A stretch of 64,000 nucleotides of DNA, taken from Podarcis muralis (taxonomy: Eukaryota). Both the position numbers and the translations under genes were made by a program. The stretch lies in contig NC_135656.1 of assembly GCF_964188315.1 (NCBI RefSeq), positions 69,564,001-69,628,000 on the forward strand, given 5' to 3'. Below, piece after piece: positions 1-12,100 of the stretch (position 1 is the stretch's first letter; each line of letters begins with the position of its first letter). The notes under the pieces are model-generated. The model saw only the letters and a list, made by a program, of their open reading frames with translations. It was not told the DNA's origin and searched no databases.

Positions 1-589
1 TCAAACTAAAGGAGTCAACACTCCCTCTACTGGAAAACACTGGAAAAATAAGCACTACAGTTAAGTGAAAAAGTCAACCAACTCTCATCAGTGGCTGGAT
101 TAAGGTGGGTGGCTTTCAGGTGAGACCAGTGCCCCTCATGTGGGCAAGTATTTGGCAGTATCCGCACAATGTTGTTGACATCAAAAGGCCAGCCTATATT
201 TCCCTACCACCTCCTCCTCCACTTAATTCAGATTTACCCTTTCTATAGAAAATCTGATACACTAAAAAAACCTCTGTTGCCAACAACCCATTTGCAATAT
301 TCAACAACGCGTTTTCAATATTAAACCCTAGTCCAAAATAGGTAATCCAAATGCAATCTTAAATGTCAGGGTCATTAGGAAGAACTACAGATGTCAAAAC
401 TTTATTATGTTTACACCTCACCTTTCCTCCAATTTTATCAAGGCAGCACATGTCTTTCCTCACCAATTTAACCCTTGCAACATCCCTGGGATGTAGGTTA
501 GGCTGAGAGACCTTGTGGCGGAGAGTTACATACATTCATGATGCCTTGTGTGGGAAGAACCTGGCTTCACCCAGCCTGCCCAAACTCAC

Positions 590-3500
590 CACAAAGTATT
601 TCTGCTTCCCAAGCCATTCCTGGAAGGTATTCCCAAAGACAGCAATCTGCCCAACATAGCGGCTGCCACGCTGTCAAAAGGGAGAGATGACAGACATTAG
701 AGACCTAGCAGGCGACAGATGGAGAGCAACACAATCCCTGTAGGGTGGCCCTATACCCATTCTAACAGATGTAGAATTTGGGCACTGCGTGGGTGTTGAA
801 TCAAGTAGGAGAGAGGGCGGCCTATATGTCAGGGATGTAGAGCCTGCAGCTTTCCCTCAGCCCTAGCCAGCTCCAGTAAAGAGAGATCAGCATGAGAAAG
901 GGCGTGTAGATGCACTGTCAGAAGGTTTGTCCACGTTTGAGCATTACTGGGCTATTAATCTACTTTTTCCACACTTGAATTGGATCAGAGTACCCCCACA
1001 CCCCCACATATTTATTTGAATTTGGATATGAGGAGAAACTTCTGCCTTTTCCAGTCATTCCCTTTTCTATTTATTGCTGCCTTCTAATTTGTTGATTCAA
1101 TTATGCCAATCAAGCAACAACAAGGCATACACACAGGTAGCTGCACACACACCTTCCCCGCCCAAGAAATGTGCAAAAGCACCCTGTCAGGTAAACGTAA
1201 ATTCTCAGTATACACTTCTGCCGTTTTCTGCTTTTGTGTAAATCTGAGGGCTCAAAAGGGCGGGAGATAGCACTGTTCAAAAGCACCCTGGAAATAGAAC
1301 GGCCAGAAAAGAAATGAAAGCATGGAGGAGTTAGTGGGTTTTGAAAGAGGAGCAGCAAAGAGAACTGATCCATTCATCCACAAACACCAAAGCGAACAAT
1401 CTGCAACCCTGATTGGAGAGGTCTGGAGCACAATTTTCCTCAGTTTAATCAGATTATCTCCAAATCAAAAAAACTTGAATTTGTAGGGGAAAGCCTTGAG
1501 ACTGGTGCTGTTTGAGGGTAACATCATGTGGACTACACAAATTAAATGGGAACAAAAACAGCTCTAAACACACAGTAAACTCCTTTGTGGAAAAGTCTGG
1601 AATGCCTTGGAAGAGGCAGAAAAAGAACTGTGATCCCATCCTAACGGAAAAGTACAAACTGCAGAATTTGTCACATACTGGAGCACAGTCTTCCTCAGTC
1701 AGCTGCACGGTATTTTCCTCTTCAGGCAGACATTCATAAGCATCGAAGTACAGCCACTGGTCCAAAGGAGTGAACTTCCCTGAGGCAGCCTGCAGACAGA
1801 GAAAAAAAGGAGGAAACTGCTCAGCCCTTCCTATAACTGCACGTTTGGGTTTGAGAAGAGGGAGCAGCCACTCTTAATGAACACAGAAAACTCATGGAAC
1901 ATACTGCTCAAATTTTCCTGCTTTCCTCCTCTGGAGGGGGCTCATGTGCTTTAACAGCTGCACGTCAGGCCAAAATTCAACAGGTAATGCTTCTCATGAT
2001 CTCATCTACGTGTCAGGAAAAGCTGCACATTTCAGTTTTCTATGTTTTACACCACTGTTTAAGGCACAAGAGCACTGCTGGGGTGAGGAGATGGTAACTC
2101 TCGTCATTCCACACCACTCTAGTCATGTTGGCAGCAGCCCTGTTGGGCACCCAGTCGTGCTGGGAGCTGACAGAATGACCTATCTCTGCAGCAAAGACAA
2201 CAAATTCGCCTGCAGCTGAAAAGCATGTATGAAAACTACAACGGAAATTCTAACAACAGGTATTGCTCCAATTTATATCCGAGGGGTTTCTTCTCCCCAC
2301 CCCCATTATATTTTGGATCCATTCAGTACAAAACACACATGCGCAGCACATAGTTGAAAGCATAGAACTCGCTCCCACAAGAAGCAGTTGTGGCCACCAG
2401 CTTAGAAGACTTTAAAGGAGGATTAGATAAATTCATGGAGGGAAAGGCTACCAGTGGCTACCAGCCACCTGCTATGTGTCAGGGGCAGTATGTTGCTGTG
2501 AACAGCAAGCATTACATCTCACCATGGTAGGGAAGAATGTGACCAGGTGACCCTTTCTGCTCGCTCAGCCTGCTGCTCACTGCTGATGGCCAACTCCAAG
2601 GCCTCTCCAGCTCTCCCTTCTTACAGTTCTCTGTATCTTGAAACCAGACATGGGCTGGACAGTTTTTCAAACAGAGGACACCTTCAGACAGAGGCCTGTT
2701 CCCTGCAAAGTAGGTCACATGGCCACCCTTCCTGGCAACCCAAATACCCTTCAGCTTGTCTTGTCATTTAACACCTCAAGAGAATCAGATATTCCACTCT
2801 GGAAAACAGCATGTTAATATCTTGCCCAACCTGTGCTTCAAGATCTTCAGCAGTCAGTCCCAGATTTGGCCCAGACCCCAAGATATTTGGCAACCAATAA
2901 ACTTTGCTTTTCTATAAGTGTGGTAAGAACATTCAAAGCACTCAAATGAAAGCATTTCTCTCCCAATGCAAGTTGCAGGCGCACAATCCAGAATGGGACC
3001 ACAGTGTGAGGAGTGGGAAATTATTAAAACCCACTCCCTCCCACCCACTCCCACCGCATGGCAGTGTCCCGATCCTGATCAGGTGCTCTGCACTGGTAAT
3101 TTGTGAAAGAAAAGGCAAACTCAAGGGAAAACCATGTGATAAACATCACACTGAGTTTGGCCTCGCTTGCTAATGTCTACAAAAACCATGCAAGGCACAC
3201 ATGGAGGGCCTATGTGGCCCTCCAGATGTTGGGCTCCAGTCCCCAGCCAGCATGGCCAATGGTCAGGAATGATGGGAGCTGGGGTTTAGCAACATCTGGA
3301 CTTTTACAGGTCCCAAATCCCTGCTCCAAAGTACTACCATCTCCTCACAGCTGCAGATGGAGCTTGCAATCTTGTGGTTTGCCTAAAGCCACCAGTGAGC
3401 TGAGAAAGCAGGTGTAATATTCGACCCAGGGATTTCCCAGCTGTCAATGTGCCCTTTAATCACATTTAATTGGATCTGCTCCTGAGAAAGCAGAAGGGAA

Positions 3501-6157
3501 GGGGAGAAGGTGCCAAGATGAGAAAGCTCGGTGCCACAGATATGGAAATGAGCCAGTAACGAAGTAGTTATTGAAGTTGTGGCTGCCAAAAATCACTCAC
3601 CGTACAACCCAAACCCTGCGCACATCTACTCAGGAGTAAGTCCCACCACGGTCAATGGGCCTGACTCCCTGGTGACTGTGTAAGGATTGCAGCCTAAATC
3701 TCGAGGTTTCTATCTGCTTTCCTCACACCAAACATAATCTTATATACTTCTATCATGCCCCTACTTATTCCTAAACTAAAAAGCCCCAAGCATCATAGCC
3801 ATTCTTCATAGCCCAATGAACATTTTGACTGCCTTTTTTGCTACACCTCTGCCAGCTCTCCAATATAATTTCTGAGATGAGGTGGCCAGAAACTATACAT
3901 GGCATTCCAAGTGATGACATCAGGATATGGGCAGTTTTATTTTCAAATTCTCTTTCCTAACAGTTCCCAAGATGGAATTCACTTTCTTCACAGCATTTAC
4001 CGCTCACTAGGTCGACATCTTCATCAGACCCCAAAATCTCTTTCCAGGTCAGTCACCAACAGCTGACTGAACAGAGATAAGGGAACTAGCTGATAGAAAC
4101 CTAACCTTCAGAAATCCTCAAAGCTTAATTTGCCATTTGGTGGACACTGTAAAACACACACACACACACGCACACGCAACAAAAAACAGCAGCAGCAGCA
4201 AAACACTACATTCACAAGTGAACAAAAATAAGGTCTCTGAATTATAATCCACTGCATATCCTTTCTCTGATTTACCCCCTAAACCAAAGTTATAGCAAAA
4301 ACTATCTATGCATGAGAGATGAAAGACAAGTAGGTAATGGTGTAGGTGGGTTCCCACAAGGCAAGACACAGTGATAACAGCAAAAACATTTACTGAACAA
4401 ACAAAACTGGACAACGGGGGCAAAGCAATTGCTTATACAGTATACATTTCTGAAGGCCTGGGCCACTCCCACTCCCACTCCCAAGGTGATTGGCTGTCCA
4501 AACTTCCAAGCTGTCCCTCCTTCACCCAGCCCTGCTTGGCTGGGCTGGGAGGGAATCAAAGAGTTAGAAGGGACCACGATGGTCCTCTAATCCAAACCCC
4601 TCCAATGCAGGGATCTTCTTGGCCAACATAGGGCGCGAACCCACAACCCTGAGATGAACAGTCTCATGCCCTACCAACTGAGCTAGCTCCACCGTTGGTG
4701 GAGGAGCCCCACCAACAAGTGAAGCTTCACAGTGCCTGCCAAATGGTGGGCAGAAGCTACAACCAGTAGTATTCCAACTGGCAAGAGCCAACAGACACCC
4801 ATGAAACAGGGGGTTTCAGGGGTGGCTAGGCAGGCACCGGATCTGTCTGCTGGATCTAGTCAGCCTTGCTGTCATCACATGATGGCAACAGGTCCAATTC
4901 AGGCCTCTTTGCTACCCCAGTCTGGGAGCCAATGCCTGGAAGGACCATGTTTTCCCTCCCACTTCAGTCTGCCCCGGCAAGTGCAAGCAGCAGAGTTGAA
5001 GATGCAGTGATGGTTATGCATCTCTATCAAGCCCTACAGCTGCCAGTCAGGGATCTGGACTGTAGCCTGATATCAGTATGCTTTTGTTTAAATTATTAAA
5101 CAATAAATGCTTGTAGGAAAAGGTTTAAAGCAAGTGAAATGATATCCCCCACCCATAGTTGAAAATGCTGGGAAGCAGTTAGCAATAACTTGTGCAAGCA
5201 GCTATTTCCTGAAGCAGATGTATAAGCACTCAATCCTCACACTTTGCACACTTCTATAATACACAAAGAGGAACTTGCGTGATTCAGAAGCTCTGTGTAG
5301 CTCTTCAGGCATTATACTATAGGTTTAAATAACAGAAACCCAAACGGGAGTGGTGTCACTATGTGGTATCTATCCTTAGACAGCTGTCAGGACCCCACTA
5401 CTGATGCCCCCCTTAAATCTTTTCCCCCTTACTTTGCACCCCATGCAGATTGGATCTTGCCAACCTTTCCTTTTCCCCTAATTCCCCATAATTCCCTCTG
5501 ACCTGGCATTGCTCTGGAGCATTGTGGGGAAGCAAAAAGTAGGCCAGGCACAGATGCCCATTGCTGGCTTAGAGCACTGCCACTGCAGTCCGATGAGCCC
5601 CCCAGGGCCCTCTGAGAGAGGAGTGGGCGCACCAGGAGACACTTTGCAGAGAATCCCCTGAAACATGGAATCTGCCCTGAGCATAAGGCATTTGGACAGT
5701 CACCACCTGGCACTTCTAATAACCTATAAAGGGACAGGTGTGTCCCGTCTGACGATTCCCAAGTTAACACTGAAACGAAACAGTTTTCTTTCCTTTGTAT
5801 AAGATGATCCAAAGTAGTAGCTGTTGCAAAACTGCATGTCAGCTGCCTCATACCTGCACTCATTTAAAACTGCCTAGCTGGGCCTGTGAGTTGATAATCC
5901 TAAACTGGCAAATCCAGAAGAAAACCAGCTAGATTGGTTTACAAAAGAGGACAGGCAGCAACCTGAACTCAGAAGTGACACGGAAGCAAATGGGTCACAG
6001 GGGACAGGGCAAGTGCCTTTCTGAGCATGAAACTCAAGCACCTGCCACTTCTGGGCTCAATCAAGAAATGTTCAGGTGATTCACTCATACCTGATGGGAA
6101 GCCTGTCCTTTGGGTAGCTTCAGGATGCTCCTTGCTTCTTACTTAAATGTAATACAA

Positions 6158-6196
<39 letters not shown>

Positions 6197-6891
6197 ATTT
6201 TTTTTTAATCTGTTGCTTTTATTGGTAGTTTTATTGGCATTTCCTTATGAACACTTTGTGTAAACTTCTTAAAAGGATTCTTTTATGAAGTGTGGCAGGG
6301 GGTGCGTGCGTGCATCTATTAAATAAATAACAGAAAAATAACAATCATTAACATTTGTGCTGTGATGCATTCAAAGAATTTCACATGTGTTATCTAATGG
6401 AAATTCTTACAATAACCCTGTGAGGTAAATCAGTATTATTACTGCAGAAGTTTGCACATATTGGAAAACAGGCTGGGTGGTAGTGATTTGATTAAGACCA
6501 CCAAATGAGTTCATGGCACAGGTGAGACTCAAAAGTGTGTTCACAAAAACGCCTTAGACTGCAATGAAGTTCTTGGTTTTTCCCCTCAGGAGCATTTCAT
6601 ACCTCCCCCTGCCCCCCACAGCTGCTCATGCCACCACAGCTTCATTGTGTGAAAATTCATTTCTGTTTGTACACACCAGGGGGCATGGACGGGCAGGGAT
6701 GCCTTTACCCTATGCAAAGGTGTTCACACCCTGGCTAGAGATGGATTAGGAATGACTAAAGGGCGCCAGCAAGTGTGAAGTTGGTGTTGAAGCAGATTAA
6801 AAACCAGGCACCGGAAACACAGTGAGTGTACAGTAAATGGAAGTGTGAACACAGCCGCAGACTGGGGCCTCCCTCATTCTCTTAGCTACCA

Positions 6892-6940
<49 letters not shown>

Positions 6941-9145
6941 ATTTATATCCCACCTTTCCTCCAAGGAGCTCAATACACACTTTCCCCCATTTTATCCCCA
7001 CAACAACCCCGTGAGGTAGATTACGCTGAGAGGCAGTGGCTGTCCAAAGGTCACTCAGTGAGCTTCATGGCTGAGTAGGGATTCGAACCCTTGTTCCACA
7101 CTCGAACCACTTTAGTATTTCACACATTCCACATGCTGGCAGCAGCTTCTTGAGACGCAGATGCCTCATGGAAAGTGACCTCCAAGCAGCTCTAAAAGCT
7201 GCCTTCCTTCTTCACAGGAGTCTGCCACTCACCTTCAGCACCTCTTGGGCAGCCAGGCCTCCGATGAAGGCATTGATAGGGCTCAGGTCACCAGAACATC
7301 CGTAGGAAAATGTCCGCACCAGGTTTTCTTGCAGTTCCTCCTCCTTGCTCACAGAGATGGTCTGTGCCAGTTCCACCATCTTGTCTGCATCTGCCTGTTG
7401 AGGAGTAAAGATGAGAAAAGAGTCTATCTGAGGAGGCTTACAATGAGCTACTTGCAGGAAAAGTAACGACCTGCAGAAGGAGACAATATCCTGCTCAGGG
7501 TTGGAAACATGAGGAAGCCTGGGAGGCCGGTTGGGATTGCTAAGAAGAACGAAAACAACTGGGCAGACTTGCCTGATTCCTGGGCCTAGGCAGCCGCTTC
7601 ATCTCCCTCTGGAAGACATGCAGTGCCCAGAAGGCCGCATGGAGGGAGCGACAGCGAGGTAGTTTCCCCTTATCCGGGATCCTGATCTTAGGATTAGCCC
7701 TGGAGGTACGCAGGGATTCCTGGGAATACAGAGAGGTTAGTGGATAGTAGTAGAACTACCTAATGCACATCCTTCTCTTTAAGGTAGGAGGCGGAGAAAC
7801 TCAGGTCCAGGAGCTGAATATAGCTCTTTAGACATCACTGTCCTTCCCTCAGGACTCTCTCAAGCTAGGCCTCCTCTCCAAGTCACCTCCCCATCTTCTC
7901 CTCAGGCTATGCTCTTCATGTGCCCTGCTCTGCATCCTCCTTGAGTGTGGAGACCTTTGTGTGGCCTGGGTGTACCCTACTGTACAAAGAAAAAGCCACA
8001 CAATCCATTTCCCTACCCACTTTTTGAGTCTCAACCCACCCACCCCTGACATGGGGGCCTCAGAAAGTTGTCCAGGAGGTAATGTGACCCTTGGGTTGCA
8101 TTTCCCCATTCCTGCCTTAAGGCAACACACTTCAAGAAATGCCTCTCCTCACCATAGCTGAACATACCAACCATGTCAGACCACTGGCCCATCTGGCTCA
8201 ATACTGTCTGTACTGACTGGCAGTGGCTCTCCAGGGTTTCAAACAGGAGCTTTTCCCAGCTGTTTCTGCAGATGTTGTGGACTGGACCTGGGATCTTCAA
8301 CATGCGGAGCACAGAGCTCGATCCTTTCCCTAGCTGCTTGGGCTGGCGTTCTGCACCCAGGCTCTAGAACAGCAGTTTTGAGGTCTCTTCCCTGGCGAAG
8401 TAGTCCTGTTTGAGTCCTCCAGCTAAAATGCTCAGCCCTGGCAATAAGCTCTGCCCATCTTGGCCCCCTATGAACTAGCTAGAAAAGAATAACCACTTTT
8501 TTTCACAACCACCAGAGAAGAGAACATACATAGGAGTGTTTCTGAGGTATCTTGACTTGGGTAATGATCCCACCGCATTTGTATGGAGAAAAAGAAGACG
8601 TATCTCCAACTTCCAAGCTGCAGGTTCCTAAACAGACACAGATCACAAACATTAGGTCTGTTCTCTTAGTTGTTCAATAGGACTGAAGTCAAATAAAATG
8701 ATATAAACCCATTCTCTGCATTTCTTCTGGAGGTCTCTTGTCCTATCAGGTACTTTCATACTCACTAGCGAAGTCCCATAAGGTTCCTAATAGGAGTGAC
8801 ATAATGCTTCTTTCCCCACAACGCAGTGCCACCCCATCCTTCTGTCAAACTCCACTCTCATAATCTTTGCCTGTCCATCTTCCTGATCCACATCTGTCCT
8901 CCTATTCTCCTCTGGACACTTTCTGTGTGCAGGCAGGCACTGTACCCAGAGACATGAGGAGAAGGAGGAAACAGAGGGCCCGTTACCTTTCAGACGGATG
9001 AGGCAGGGCTCGGAGGTGTTGAGTTCTGTCATCCCCTCAACCCCGGAGAATTTCACCCAGTCACCATCCTCAAAGCGGTGGCCTTGTCTCTCCTCATTGT
9101 CACACGCCACAGTCACTATGCCAGGGTTACTCTGAGGGAAGAGTA

Positions 9146-9179
<34 letters not shown>

Positions 9180-12100
9180 GCTACTACTACGGTTAAATAC
9201 ATCACTTAATACTAAAGCAAGCTGCTAGGCAGTTTACAAAGTAGAAAAAAACAGTTACATTAAAATATAAATACTCATAATTAAAATATGCAATAAATCA
9301 ATTGCATTAACACATTAAAATATAATTGTCCATAATTAAAATATGCAATAAAACAATCACAATAAAACAACACAGCAATGAAAACAGGAGACTCTGGTTG
9401 AGAGATCAAAGGATTGCCTGCATCTGATTAGATGGTTACTTCATCTGTTTAGGGAAGTTTTTAATGTTTGATGTTTTATAGTGTTTTTAATATTCTGTTG
9501 GGAGCCGCCCAGAGTGGCTGGGGAAACCCAGCCAGATGGGTGGGGTATAAATAATAAATAATAATTGTTATTATTATTATCCAAGCTTGGAAAGACATCT
9601 TGGGGGCTTCTTTGGAAGGAGGCATGTTCAATCCAGGGTGTCAAGGACATGAGCTCAGAAAGGGTGACACAAGCAGGGCAATAAAGTGCAGGAGACAGAT
9701 GTTATCTGGGTGAAGAGACATTACCTGGGTGATGTGGTGAATGGCAGCAGAGGCAGGTTCAGCCTCTGAAGGATTGCGCACAATAAAGTGTTCTCCAAAA
9801 TCACAGAAAAGTTGCCTGGAGCCAAAAGACAAAAACTCAAGAAGTCAGACTTCTACTTCGTTTTCCTCCCTACACTCAGTCACTGCTCCACCCTGAGAAA
9901 GCCCCTTCACTTCCACCCATGGGGTCTACCTGCTCAGAGAACCTTCATCCTCCATTACGGAAGGATGAAGGTGTCAATTTCACTTTCTATCCATTTTCCA
10001 GTTTTAAGTTCAGTTCTCCAAATTTCCACCTCCGTTTGCAAATATTTTTTTGAAAGCCCACACGAAAATTAATTGGAATATTAGTGCAAATTCTAATATA
10101 CATCTGAGAATTTGGAAGGGGGTTAGTCTGCATGGTACCTGAGTCCCTTCTAATGCCTGGGGTCCTAGATCCAGCAAAAGGTTAAAATCTAGTGGAGGAT
10201 TCCATTGTTGAACTAGCCAGGCAAAAGCCAGGGGAGAATGAGCTGGACCAGAAACGGAGTGAGAGCCAGGCTTGATTTCTGTTGGAATGCAAGGCTATAG
10301 TTATGGGAGAAGCAAGACCATATTGGGGTGCTAATGCTGTGAGTCCCTCCATCATAGGCTCAGGATGTATATATGCGTAAACAAACCATATCTCATAAAG
10401 ACACCACTGTCTCTGTTGTCCCTCATTCAAAGAAAACTGAACCCTGGGTAAGCACGGGAACCCCTGGAATCACACAGCGCTTGGGGATTGGGGCAGTGTG
10501 CAACAATGCACATTTTAAAACAAAACAATTTATTATAATATAGTGCCATTTTTGATATTTCAACTAACATATGCACACTTTACCAATTTACAGGTGATTA
10601 TCATTTCGTGCGCAGGTTCCATTCCAGGCCCCTTTGCCCCTTTGCATATAAGCGCTCCCCTTCCTCTTCTGGGTCCAAAAAGACCCACGTGTGGGTGATC
10701 ACATGTTAATTGGACATGCCTAAAATGGTCACCACCGGTATATGCATTTTTGTACTCAGTGCTTGGCTGGAAAACTGAATGGCAAATTCAAAGACATGCC
10801 AATTTTGAAGGATGGCGGTGCTTGGGTTTATATCTTGTTTCAGAAAAAAACGAACTCAATTGAGTTCACCCTTAAATGCAAATTGAATCAAATCTCTCCC
10901 CCATGCCTACCCTGAGGTGCCCAGCCAGAATGCTGGCAGCTTATACGAATTCTTAGTTCACCTCTTATTCCTCCGAGAATCACTGCACCACTCCAACATC
11001 CCAGCCCCCAACACCTACCCAGCCAGGCCCTTGGTGTCAACTAGGACAAAGCAAATATTCTTGGAGTGGCAGAAATCACTGATTCGCAGCTGCTCCTCCA
11101 AGGGTGAGTTACTCAGGACCACAACCTGTAAAGTGTGGTGCAGAATGGTATCAGAATAGTGATCTGCATAACGTAAGGGGCTAAGAAACAGCACGACAGA
11201 GAGCACTTTCCAAACAGATTCTCTGTTCCCCATCAATGACTGCGGGTCATGTCGTGGTAAATCCTGGAGCCAATCACCACCTGTTGCTAGGCTTCCCTGT
11301 CTCCAGGCAGAATTTCTCAACATCAATACTGAGCCAGTTTCCCCCTCACCCCCATCTCTCCCATCTGTTTTGCTTCAACAACCAATCTGATGAAGATCTC
11401 TGGTGGTCTCGAAAGCTTGCTCAGTTTATGACATTTTGGTTGGTTATTTCTGAGCACAGCTTATGTAGATAATTGGCCCCATGAGATAACCCTGCTGTGA
11501 AACCAGCAGTGGTGCTTCTGTCCATGCTTGTGGTACACCACCCAACACACTGCAGCTATCCCAACCAACCACAGACATGAGAGCTGATCCCCACTTTGAG
11601 CTTCAGGTGCAGCCTCAGAACAAAACAGTGGCACTAGATGATCACTAGGCCATAAATCATCACTATGAGAAACAGCTGGGCATGGGCAACAGGCTTGTTG
11701 CTTTCATTGGGTAAAGAGCAAAGCTCTCCCACTGATGTAGGTCAGAGCCTGCTGAAGCACTGGAAACAGTGGTCACATTCACAGCACCCCATGGCTCCCC
11801 CCCCCCAAAGAATCCTGGGAACTGTGGCTTCCCCTCAGGCACCCTTCACCAACTACACTTCCCAGGAGTCTTTGGGGAAAGTCATGTGCTTTAGAGGTGG
11901 GGAAAATGCACTTTAAATGGATAGTGTGGATGTGAGTTTGATTTTTTATCATCACTAGAGTCACTCCCATGACATGAGACACACAGCTCTGTCCTTACCT
12001 GGAAAGTAGACAAGAAGCTCTCAGACAGCTCATTGGTATAGGCATGCACAGGGACATGTGCGTTCAATTCTGCAAGGTGGCACTGGGAGACCAGAGCTCG

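Noticed and set aside
4618-4690. tRNA-Lys-like and tRNA-Ala-like sequences (also at 13393)
   Set aside because: Broken stems and anticodon loops and LINE-derived tails: SINE heads, not tRNA genes.
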